Shown here piece after piece: positions 52,285 through 60,761 of a stretch of DNA of 64,000 nucleotides (position 1 is the first letter of the stretch; every line of letters starts with the position of its first letter). Below the pieces are notes generated by a model, which was not told where the DNA came from, made no database searches, and saw only the letters and a list, made by a program, of their open reading frames with translations. The DNA is from Thermoanaerobaculia bacterium (lineage in GTDB: Bacteria; Acidobacteriota; Thermoanaerobaculia; Multivoradales; Multivoraceae), in the NCBI GenBank assembly GCA_963666565.1, contig OY762911.1, forward strand, positions 2,944,001 to 3,008,000, given 5' to 3'. The position numbers and the translations under genes are program-made.

Positions 52285-53928
52285 ATGAGATGGCCATTCG
52301 TCGCCTGCATGATGGCCTCGGGACTGGCTTGGGCCTTGCCGCCTGCGGCGGCTCAGCCCGACCCGGCACCTCCCGCGGATCTGCTCTTCGGCGAGGAGAT
52401 CGACGTCCGGGTAGTCAACCTGGAGGTGGTGGTCGAGGACCGGTCGGGCGACCGCGTGCATGGGCTCGAAGCGGACGACTTCCGGCTCCTGGTGAACGGC
52501 GTCGAGGTCGAAGTCGACTACTTCACGGAGATCCTCGAGAACCGGGCCGTCGAATCGCGCGACGGCGCCGCGCCGCCGGCGATCGGCGACGGCGACTCGG
52601 TACAGACGAACTACCTGCTGTTCGTCGACGACGACCATACGCACGTCACGTTCAGGAAGCCGGTAATCCGCGGTTTCGCGAGGCAGTTGGCGAACCTAGG
52701 CCTGCGGGATCAGGTCGCCGTCGTCGTGCAGACCCGCCGCCGGCTGCAGGTTCTGAGCCCGTTCACGACCGACCGCCGGCGGACCCGCGCGGCCCTCGAA
52801 CAGCTCGAACGTGGGCGACCGTTCGGCGGGGTTCTCAGGTCGCCTCGCCTGATCGACCAGCAGCGCTTCGCCGCTGTCCGGGTGGGCGGTTCACTGCCGG
52901 CCGCCAGGTTCGACGAGGATCTGACGTCCGTCGCCGCCGACCTGCCGTTCGCCTCCATGGACCTGCCGAGCGCCGCGAGCGAAGCGCAAGCCGAGAGCCT
53001 GGCGCGCGACCTCGAGTTCTCTGTGACCGCGGTCAGCTCGACGATGCGGGCGCTCGACGTGCCGGACGGTCGCAAGGTGCTCCTGCTGGTGGCGGGCGAC
53101 TGGCCGGTGGGGTCGTTTCGGCCCGGAGGGCGGGGGATAGGGCTTCGCCCGGACTGGGACATTCTCGACGGCCTGGTCGACACCGCCAACGTGCTTGGCT
53201 ACACGATCTACCCGGTGGACCAGCAGAAGGGGCCGAGCGTCTGGCGTTGGCAGAACCTGCGGAAGGTCGCGGACGGGACGGGGGGCAGGGCGTTCATGGC
53301 GGGCGCCAACCTGCGTGCGCTCGGGCGGGCCAGCGAGGACGTGGCGAACTACTACTGGCTCGGCTTCGTGCCCGAGTACCGCCGCGACGACCGGGCCCAC
53401 GACGTGCGGGTCGAGGTTCGCCGGCCCGGCCTGCGGGTGCGCTCGCGGAGCGGGTACGTCGATCTCTCGCGCCGAGCCGAGGCGGACATGGAGACGCAGG
53501 GCCGGCTGCTGTTTCCCGACCGGACCCGGACCCGCGGGGCGCCGTCACTGCGGGTGGAGATCGCCGAGCCGGAACCGACCGGGCCGTTTCGCCGCAAGAT
53601 GCTGGTGCCGGTGACCGTACACGTCCCGGTCGGCTACTTCCCCGCATTCCCCTTCGAGGATCGGTTCCTCGCTCGCCTGGAACTCCGCTTCGCCGTCGTC
53701 GACCGGAACGGGCAGCAGGCGCGGATTCCGGTCATTCCGCTCAGCTTCGCCGGCAGGACGCAGCCGGCCCCGGACGCCGTCGTACCGTACGACACCGTTC
53801 TGACCCTGCGCCGGAGGCCGCACGATCTGCTCGTCTCCGTACACGACCCGGTAAGCCGGCTGACCGTCAGCGTACGGACGCAAGTCGGGCCGCGGATGGC
53901 GCCGGCCGCGACCGGGGACGCGCCTTGA
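52285..53928 (+). CDS. VWFA-related secreted protein (paralog of 9042-10889)
   Basis: FGEEIDVRVVNLEVVV, GRKVLLL, YYWLGF, VRSRSGY. Confidence 0.88.
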   Translation: MRWPFVACMMASGLAWALPPAAAQPDPAPPADLLFGEEIDVRVVNLEVVVEDRSGDRVHGLEADDFRLLVNGVEVEVDYFTEILENRAVESRDGAAPPAIGDGDSVQTNYLLFVDDDHTHVTFRKPVIRGFARQLANLGLRDQVAVVVQTRRRLQVLSPFTTDRRRTRAALEQLERGRPFGGVLRSPRLIDQQRFAAVRVGGSLPAARFDEDLTSVAADLPFASMDLPSAASEAQAESLARDLEFSVTAVSSTMRALDVPDGRKVLLLVAGDWPVGSFRPGGRGIGLRPDWDILDGLVDTANVLGYTIYPVDQQKGPSVWRWQNLRKVADGTGGRAFMAGANLRALGRASEDVANYYWLGFVPEYRRDDRAHDVRVEVRRPGLRVRSRSGYVDLSRRAEADMETQGRLLFPDRTRTRGAPSLRVEIAEPEPTGPFRRKMLVPVTVHVPVGYFPAFPFEDRFLARLELRFAVVDRNGQQARIPVIPLSFAGRTQPAPDAVVPYDTVLTLRRRPHDLLVSVHDPVSRLTVSVRTQVGPRMAPAATGDAP

Positions 53929-53940
53929 GCCCGGGCGCCG

Positions 53941-54462
53941 CTACTCGAGACCCAGGCAGGCGTCCTTCGCGCCGGCCGGGTTCATCGCCTCGGCGCCGGC
54001 GCCGATGTAGGCGATCCTGCCGTCCTTGCCGACCACGTAGGTGACGCGGTTGGCGGCCGTGGGGAACCTCTCCATCATGCCGCCGTACTGCTTGGCGACT
54101 TCGCCGCCGACGTCGCTCAGGAGCGCGAAGTCGAGCTCCAGTTCCTCGGCGAACCTCTTGTTTTCGCCGAGTTCGTCGGTGCTGACGCCGAAGACGATGG
54201 AATCGCTGCCCGTGAAGTCGGAGATACCAGCCTGGTATCCCTTCATTTCCATCGTTCAGCCGGCGGTGAAAGCCTTGGGGAAGAAGGCCAGGACGACGTT
54301 CTTCCGGCCGGCGAAGGAGGACAGGGTCACCTGGCTGCCGTCGGTGCTGGGCAGGGTGAAGTCCGGCGCGGCGTCGCCGACGGCGAGGTCCGCCGCGCCC
54401 GCGCCCGGCGGGGCGAGCGTGACGGCGGTGGCGAGCATTGCGGCTGGCACGAGGCTCTTCAT
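53941..54462 (-). CDS. Selenocysteine-containing peroxiredoxin (AhpC/TSA, BCP-like) with a signal peptide
   Basis: Two in-frame ORFs joined at TGA 54258-54256: [16 protein letters not shown]. The UGA sits exactly at the peroxidatic Cys of PxxxTxxC. Confidence 0.88.
54214..54244 (-). promoter_or_regulatory. Putative bacterial SECIS element
   Basis: GAAG-G-GATACC-AGGCT-GGTATC-TCCGA-CTTC hairpin; apical loop about 22 nt after the UGA, with G at loop position 2. Confidence 0.7.
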
Positions 54463-54670
54463 GGGTTCTCCGTTTTGGGGGCCGCCCTGCTCTTCGAGTT
54501 CCGGGCGGCGTTGCGCTTGGTGGTCGTGGCGGCGGGAGTGTAGCAGCGTCGAACGGGGATGGAGTTCGCCTCGCGCGGCGCCGTCCGTTAGGCTCGGCGG
54601 TGCAGGCGCCCGAGCTTGAACGCACCGACTCGAATCCGCCGCAGCCGACCTTCCGGAAGGAGTTGAGCAG

Positions 54671-55780
54671 ATGACGAAGACGACCGGAAACCGCATGTTC
54701 CGATCCATGGCCGGCGGCGCCGCCGCACTGTCGATCGCGGCGCTGCTCCTGCCCGCCGCCCTGCCCGCCGCCGACGGCGACGGGGACATTCCGCGGACGG
54801 CGAGCGGCCGCCCGGACCTGACCGGCGTGTACGACATCGCCACCCTGACACCGCTCGAACGGGATCCGAAGTTCGGCGAGAACCTCTACCTCTCGCCCGA
54901 GGAGGCGGAGGAGATCGCCCGGACCGTCGCCGACCGGCGGGCCGCCGATCTCAAGGCCAGCGACCCGACGCGCGAAGCGCCGCCGGCCGGCGGCGACGGA
55001 TCTCCCGGCGCCGCGGGCAACGTCGGCGGCTACAACGACTTCTGGCTGGACTACGGCAGCCGCTCGATCTCCATCGACGGCAAGTTCCGCACCTCCCTGG
55101 TGTTCGATCCGCCGAACGGGCGCCTGCCGGAGATGACGCCGGAGGCGCAGCGGAAGCGGACGGCCTTCTTCACCCTCTTCCGCGAGAACACGGGGACGGC
55201 GTGGTGGCTCGAGAACGACGGCCCGGGCCCCTACGACGACATCGAGCAGCGGCCCCTCGGCGAGCGCTGCATCCTCGGCTTCGGCTCGACGTCGGGGCCG
55301 CCGATGCTGCCGACCGCCTACAACAACCTGAAGCGGGTGGTGCAGACCGAGGACCACGTGATGATCCTGGCCGAGATGATCCACGACGCGCGCATCATCC
55401 GCATCGGCGGCGAGCACCTGCCAGCCGGGAACGCGGCGTACATGGGCGACTCGGTCGGCCGCTGGGAGGGCGACACGCTGGTCGTCGAGACAAGGAACTT
55501 CGGCGCCAAGCCGGGGATGTACACCTACGGAGCGGGCGAGAGCCTCCAGGTGACCGAGCGCTTCAGCCGCATCGACGAGCACACGCTGAACTACAGCTTC
55601 ACGGTCGAGGATGCGACGACGTGGGAGACGGCGTGGAGCGGCGAGTTCCCGTGGCCGGCCGCGGACGGGCGGGTCTACGAGTACGCCTGCCACGAGGGAA
55701 ACTACGCGATGGGCAACATCATGCGCGGCGCCCGGCTGCTCGAGGCCGATGCGGCGGCCGCGGCCTCCGGCGGTGAGTAG
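54671..55780 (+). CDS. Conserved secreted hypothetical protein
   Basis: Signal peptide; [38 protein letters not shown]. Confidence 0.82.
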   Translation: MTKTTGNRMFRSMAGGAAALSIAALLLPAALPAADGDGDIPRTASGRPDLTGVYDIATLTPLERDPKFGENLYLSPEEAEEIARTVADRRAADLKASDPTREAPPAGGDGSPGAAGNVGGYNDFWLDYGSRSISIDGKFRTSLVFDPPNGRLPEMTPEAQRKRTAFFTLFRENTGTAWWLENDGPGPYDDIEQRPLGERCILGFGSTSGPPMLPTAYNNLKRVVQTEDHVMILAEMIHDARIIRIGGEHLPAGNAAYMGDSVGRWEGDTLVVETRNFGAKPGMYTYGAGESLQVTERFSRIDEHTLNYSFTVEDATTWETAWSGEFPWPAADGRVYEYACHEGNYAMGNIMRGARLLEADAAAAASGGE

Positions 55781-55798
55781 GAGTCTCCGCCCATTCGC

Positions 55799-58700
55799 TT
55801 GAAGCGCTGCGCGGCAACGTTCGCTTCGCTCGCGGCAGGCGCGATGCCGCTCGCCGCCTGCGGCCAGCCGGCGCTCGATGGCGTACCGCCGGGCTTCGAG
55901 CTCCACCCGGCGTTCCGGCTCGAAATCGCGGCGGCCGAGCCGGTAACGGTCGACCCGATCGACCTCGCCTTCGACGAGCGCGGGCGCGTCTTCGTTCTCG
56001 AACTGCCGGGCTATCCCGACATGGAGCGCCCGGCGCGGATCGCCGAACTCACGGACGGCGACGGCGACGGACGCTGGGACGAGCGCCGCCTGTTCGCGGA
56101 CGATCTCGGCATGGCGGATTCGATCCTGCCATGGCGGCGGGGGCTGCTGACGGCGGCGCCGCCGCACCTCCTCTACCTCGAGGACACAAACGGCGACGGC
56201 AGGGCGGACCGGCGGGACGTGCTGCTGAGCGGCTTCGCGGAGGGCAATCCGCAGCACAACGTGAACGCGCTCCGCTACGGCCTGGACAACTGGGTCCACG
56301 GCGTCAACGGGGGCAACGGCGCGCGCGTCTTCTGGCCGGACGCGCCCGAGGAGGCCGCGGATATCGGGCAGGACGACTTCCGGGTGGACCTCGGCGGTGG
56401 CCGCTTCGAGCGGACCGGCCGCGGCGCCGGCGGGTTCGGCATGACCTTCGGCCCCTGGGGGCGGGCCTTCGGCACGCACAACCTGGACCATCTGAGCCAG
56501 GTCGTCGTTCCGCGCCGCTACCTCGATGGGCTGCCGCCGGCCTGGCAGGACGGCCGGCAGCGTCTGGCGGCGCCCCCGGACGGTGGCCCGGCCGAGCTGT
56601 TTCCGATCGGCGTGCGGCAGACGCGGCCGAACCACCCGGAGCAGTCGAGCCGCTTCTCGGCGGCCAGCGCGGTGACGGCGTACGCCGGCGGCGCCTTCGG
56701 CAGCGCGGGCCTGGGCGGAGACGGAGCCATCCTGGGCGGCGGCGGAACCGGCACTGTTGAGCGGGGGATCGACGTGTTCGTGGCCGATCCGTCCGCGAAC
56801 GTGGTCCATCGCGCGGTCGTCGACACCTCGGGCGCCGCGGCCGAAGCGGCGCGGGGCCGGCCGGGAGTCGAGTTCCTGGCCTCGACCGATCCGCTGTTCC
56901 GGCCGGTCAACCTGACGGTGGGGCCGGACGGCGCGCTCTACGTCCTGGACATGCACCGCGGCGTCGTCGAGCACCCCGAGTGGATCCCCGACCCGATGGA
57001 GGCGGAACTCGACCTCTACGAGGGCGACGACCGGGGCCGCATCTACCGTGTGGTGCCGGCCGCCGGCCTGCCGGCCGGGCATGCCGCCTTCGGCGGCTAC
57101 GACCGCTCGCGCCCCGGCGAACTCCTCGACGCGCTGTCCCACCCGAACCGGTGGCGGCGACTGACCGCGCAGCGCCTCCTCGTCGAGGAGTTCGCGACGG
57201 ACCCGCCGGAGCCCCTCGTCCGGGACCTCCGGCAGATGCTGGAGAACGCGCGGCCGCTGGGGAGGCTTCACGCCCTGTGGACCCTGAGCGGCCTCGGGGC
57301 GCTCGATCCCGAGAGCCTTGGCGCGGCCCTGGCCGACCCGGCGCCGGAGCTCCGGCGCAACGCGGTGCTGGCGTTCGAGGAGACGTCAGGCATCCTGACG
57401 GAGCGGCGCCGGCCGTCCGGCCGGCGCGACTTCCGGCCGCCCGCGGCGGCAGCCCGCGAGGGCGCCGGCGCACCCGGCGTCGGGCCGCGATCGGCGCTGG
57501 CATCCGATGTCGTGGCGCTGATCGGCGATGCGGACTCGGGCGTGAGGCTCCAGGCGATGCTGACCGCCGGACTCCTGCTGCGGTCGGGAATCGACGGCGC
57601 CGAGGCGATTCGCGACGCGGCGATGTCGGCGGTCGTGGCGGGATTGACGGCTTCGGCCGGCGAGTCGCCTGCCGCGCCGCGGTCGGCGGACGAGACGCCG
57701 GCGTCCCCGGACCCGACGGACGAGACGCTCGCGTCCCCGGAGTCGGCGAACGAGGAGCGTTGGCTGCGGCTCGCAGCGGTTTCGGTCCTCGCCGGCGATC
57801 CGGTCGCTTCCCTGGAACTCCTGCTGACAGCGGGCGGCGGCGCGGACGACGTGGTGGAACGGATCGCCGCCCTGCTGCCCGCCGAACGGCTGGGCGAGAC
57901 GATCGCCAGCGACGTGGTGCTGCGGACCCTGGCCGGGTCCGGCGCCCAGGCTTCCGGGACAGGCCGCGCGCTGCTGGCCGGCCTTACGGCGGCGGCCTCC
58001 GGCGGGGAGAACCGGCGGCCCGCGGATTCGACTCTGGCCGTACCGTTGGCGCGCCTGCGGCGTTCAACCGACGACGGCCTCGCGGCCGCCGCGTGGCGCC
58101 TGAGCGCCGCGCTCGGAGCGGGAGCGTCGGCGGAAGAGATCCGGCTTCTCGACTGTGCCGGAATCCGCGCCGGGGATCCGGCCGGTCCGGTTGAGGAGCG
58201 GCTTCAGGCGCTGGCGCTGTTCGCCCTGCGCCGCCAGTGGCCGGCGGATTCGGCGGATGTGGCGGTGCGCTGCCCGCGGACCGGCGGCGGCCCGGCCGAT
58301 ACCGCCTTCACCGGCGGGTCGTGGCTGGAGCGGATGGGGTCGCTGCTCGAAGCGGGGCATCCGCAAGAGGTTCAGCGGGCCGCGATGGCGGAATTCGCGG
58401 CGGCGGACCAGACCGCCGTGACGGCGCACGTGATCGACCGCTGGCCGTACATGGGACCGGCCGCCCGGCGCGACGCGGGCAGCTACCTCATCCGCGGCCG
58501 CGGCCGGCACGGGGCGCTCCTCGACGCGATCGAGAGCGGACGCATCCGGGTCGGGGAGATGAACTTCGACCTGGAGCGGCGCCGCTTCCTGCTGCGTTCG
58601 CCCGAGCCGGAGATCCGCCGGCGGGCGCAAGCCCTGTTCGACGATGCCGGAGTCGTCACCCGGGCCGGCGCGATCGAGGCGATGCGGCCCGCGCTCGAAC

Positions 58701-59413
58701 TCGACGGCGACGTCGCGCGGGGCGAAGCGTTGTTCCTCGAACTCTGCGCCCGCTGCCACCGGAGCGGCGGCGCCGGCGGCGGGCCGGGCCCGGACCTGTC
58801 CGGCATCGGACGCAAGAGCGGCGAGACGCTCCTGCACGACATCCTGGACCCGAACGCGGCGGTCGACGCCGCCTACGTGAACTACATCGTGGAGACCGTG
58901 GACGGCGAGGTCCACACCGGTCTGCTGGCGGAGAGCGCCGGCGGCGCGGTCGCCCTGCGCGCGGCCGAGGACCTGCTGATCGAGGTGCCCGCCGAACGCG
59001 TCCGCGAGATCCGCAGCGACGGCCTGTCGATGATGCCGGAGGAACTCGAGGCGGGGCTCGAACCCGCCGACATGGCGGACCTGCTCGCGTTCCTGAGCAG
59101 ATCGCATCGAACCGCCCGTCCGCCGGGTGCGCGGGTCTTCCGACCCGCTGCCGCCGAAGGCGGCGTCCAACAACGTCGCCGGCAAAGCCGGCGGCCATTC
59201 ATCGGGGCCGCGCCGCTTCGCGGCGCCGCCCTGAGCGGGTCGGAAGACCCGCGCACCCGGCCGGTCGGAAGACCCGCGCAGCCGGCCGGTCGGAAGACCC
59301 GCGCACCCGGCAGATCCGCCAACCCGGCGAACTATCGGCGTCGTTGGACGGCTTCGATCTCCAGGAAACGCTCCTTCAGCCGGACGGCCTGCTCGAGATC
59401 GAGCACCAGGTAG
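55799..59413 (+). CDS. PVC-type membrane-bound dehydrogenase / heme-binding CxxCH protein; C-terminus extended by a repeat element
   Basis: Lipobox LAAC; propeller region DTNGDGRAD; FRPVNLTVGPDGALY; CARCH; SMMPEELE. Confidence 0.88.
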   Translation: MKRCAATFASLAAGAMPLAACGQPALDGVPPGFELHPAFRLEIAAAEPVTVDPIDLAFDERGRVFVLELPGYPDMERPARIAELTDGDGDGRWDERRLFADDLGMADSILPWRRGLLTAAPPHLLYLEDTNGDGRADRRDVLLSGFAEGNPQHNVNALRYGLDNWVHGVNGGNGARVFWPDAPEEAADIGQDDFRVDLGGGRFERTGRGAGGFGMTFGPWGRAFGTHNLDHLSQVVVPRRYLDGLPPAWQDGRQRLAAPPDGGPAELFPIGVRQTRPNHPEQSSRFSAASAVTAYAGGAFGSAGLGGDGAILGGGGTGTVERGIDVFVADPSANVVHRAVVDTSGAAAEAARGRPGVEFLASTDPLFRPVNLTVGPDGALYVLDMHRGVVEHPEWIPDPMEAELDLYEGDDRGRIYRVVPAAGLPAGHAAFGGYDRSRPGELLDALSHPNRWRRLTAQRLLVEEFATDPPEPLVRDLRQMLENARPLGRLHALWTLSGLGALDPESLGAALADPAPELRRNAVLAFEETSGILTERRRPSGRRDFRPPAAAAREGAGAPGVGPRSALASDVVALIGDADSGVRLQAMLTAGLLLRSGIDGAEAIRDAAMSAVVAGLTASAGESPAAPRSADETPASPDPTDETLASPESANEERWLRLAAVSVLAGDPVASLELLLTAGGGADDVVERIAALLPAERLGETIASDVVLRTLAGSGAQASGTGRALLAGLTAAASGGENRRPADSTLAVPLARLRRSTDDGLAAAAWRLSAALGAGASAEEIRLLDCAGIRAGDPAGPVEERLQALALFALRRQWPADSADVAVRCPRTGGGPADTAFTGGSWLERMGSLLEAGHPQEVQRAAMAEFAAADQTAVTAHVIDRWPYMGPAARRDAGSYLIRGRGRHGALLDAIESGRIRVGEMNFDLERRRFLLRSPEPEIRRRAQALFDDAGVVTRAGAIEAMRPALELDGDVARGEALFLELCARCHRSGGAGGGPGPDLSGIGRKSGETLLHDILDPNAAVDAAYVNYIVETVDGEVHTGLLAESAGGAVALRAAEDLLIEVPAERVREIRSDGLSMMPEELEAGLEPADMADLLAFLSRSHRTARPPGARVFRPAAAEGGVQQRRRQSRRPFIGAAPLRGAALSGSEDPRTRPVGRPAQPAGRKTRAPGRSANPANYRRRWTASISRKRSFSRTACSRSSTR
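57408..57477. repeat. Half REPIN-like element in frame in the middle of the CxxCH protein
   Basis: Close match to the reverse complement of the 31811-31881 copy; encodes RRPSGRRDFRPPAAAAREGAGAPG. Confidence 0.8.
59123..59310. repeat. Complete REPIN-like element with a triplicated right end
   Basis: Element 59125-59258, followed by two more 25-bp CCGGTCGGAAGACCCGCGCA(C/G)CCGG units. Confidence 0.92.
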
Positions 59414-60750
59414 ATCTCGTTCGGGCGCGGCCCCCGGCGGAGATAGTCGTAGAGGTAGCCGGGGATCTTGTCGTGGCGGCCGAGGACTCGCCAGAACGCC
59501 TCCGTCGCAAGGTTCCAGGCACGCTCGGCAAAAGGCGTCGCCACACGGTGCTCGAAGGGCCGGAGATCGTGCATCGCCTCCAGCGCCAGGTAGTTCAGCC
59601 GGCGGGTCGTCTCGTCGACCGGGTACGACAGCACGGAATCGAACGGCATCGGGTCGCCGAACCACGGCGTCAGCGATTCCAGCGCCGTGTTCGGCCCGAG
59701 CGGATAGGGCTCGGCGAACGTGGCGTGGTTGGTGTAGAGCAGCAGGCGGCCGTCCCAGCCGTTCTCCTCCAGCGCCTCGATCAGGGCGACCGTCGTGTAC
59801 TGGTGGTCCCGGTGGGTGTCGAGCAGCGGGTTCGGAGCGGCAATCAGCTCGGCGCCGGTCCAGTCGACCTCGCGCCGCATGTCGGCCACGAGCTCGGGCC
59901 AGGTCGAGACGAACGGCCGCGTGGCCAGTTGCGGTTCCGTGTTCAGGCGCCGGAAGAGGCCGTCGTCGTCGAGGTCGGCGAGGATGGAACCGGCGGCCTC
60001 GGGCCGCCGCTCGTAGAGCCGGCGCAGGGTGCCGTCGAAGTACCCCAGGTTGCGGGCGCGGTTGAACGGGACGTGGCCCAGGAAGGGGATCGTCAGGCTG
60101 TCCCAGGTGCGCATCCAGCCCTTGATCCGGTAGTGCTCGCCGGTGTCCGGGAACAGGCCGCCGTAGTTCTTGCCGCCGTAGTCGCCCGCGGTCACGGTGA
60201 CGACGTCGGAACGGGTGGTCGCGTAGAGGCCGAAAGCGGCGATTTCGGCGTCGTCGGGATGGGGAGCGAGGACGAGCACCCGGGTCTCTTCGTTGATCGG
60301 GGGATTCTCGAACACGACCAGCCGGGTCGGCCCGAGCCGCCAGCCGATGCTCCGGCCGACCATCTCGATGCGACCGGCGCCGGCCGCGGGCGACACGTTC
60401 AGGTAGCGGCGTCCGGTCGAGCGCGGCGCGAAGGACTGGGTGAAGCTCCGGCCGCCGGCGCGGAATTCGATGCTGGGAGAGAGCGAGGGCAGCAGGGGCC
60501 TCGTCCTGGCGTGGAACTCGAGAAGCGCCGTCACGCCATCGCCCGGCGCCTCGCTCGGCCAGTCGAAGCCGTCGCGGCCGAGGTCGACCTCGTGGTTCGT
60601 GCCGCCGCGCCGGTCCAGAGCGTAGTCGTGAGCCTCGCGCGGATCGTGCTCGAAGAAGTGCCGGTAGCCGCTGCCCCGGCAGTGGCCGAGCAGTCCGACC
60701 GCCAGCACGGCGGTCGCGATCAGGGCGATGCGGCGGCGCTCGCGTGTCAT
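59332..60750 (-). CDS. PIG-L family deacetylase
   Basis: VLVLAPHPDDAEI and DTHRDH motifs; N-terminal signal/anchor. Confidence 0.85.
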   Translation of the reverse strand: MTRERRRIALIATAVLAVGLLGHCRGSGYRHFFEHDPREAHDYALDRRGGTNHEVDLGRDGFDWPSEAPGDGVTALLEFHARTRPLLPSLSPSIEFRAGGRSFTQSFAPRSTGRRYLNVSPAAGAGRIEMVGRSIGWRLGPTRLVVFENPPINEETRVLVLAPHPDDAEIAAFGLYATTRSDVVTVTAGDYGGKNYGGLFPDTGEHYRIKGWMRTWDSLTIPFLGHVPFNRARNLGYFDGTLRRLYERRPEAAGSILADLDDDGLFRRLNTEPQLATRPFVSTWPELVADMRREVDWTGAELIAAPNPLLDTHRDHQYTTVALIEALEENGWDGRLLLYTNHATFAEPYPLGPNTALESLTPWFGDPMPFDSVLSYPVDETTRRLNYLALEAMHDLRPFEHRVATPFAERAWNLATEAFWRVLGRHDKIPGYLYDYLRRGPRPNEIYLVLDLEQAVRLKERFLEIEAVQRRR

Positions 60751-60761
60751 CGTCGTCGGGG

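Noticed and set aside
12841-59310. REP-like repeats as a CRISPR array or tRNAs
   Set aside because: Copies are dispersed and inverted rather than regularly spaced direct repeats; there are no cas genes and no T-loop, anticodon or CCA features.
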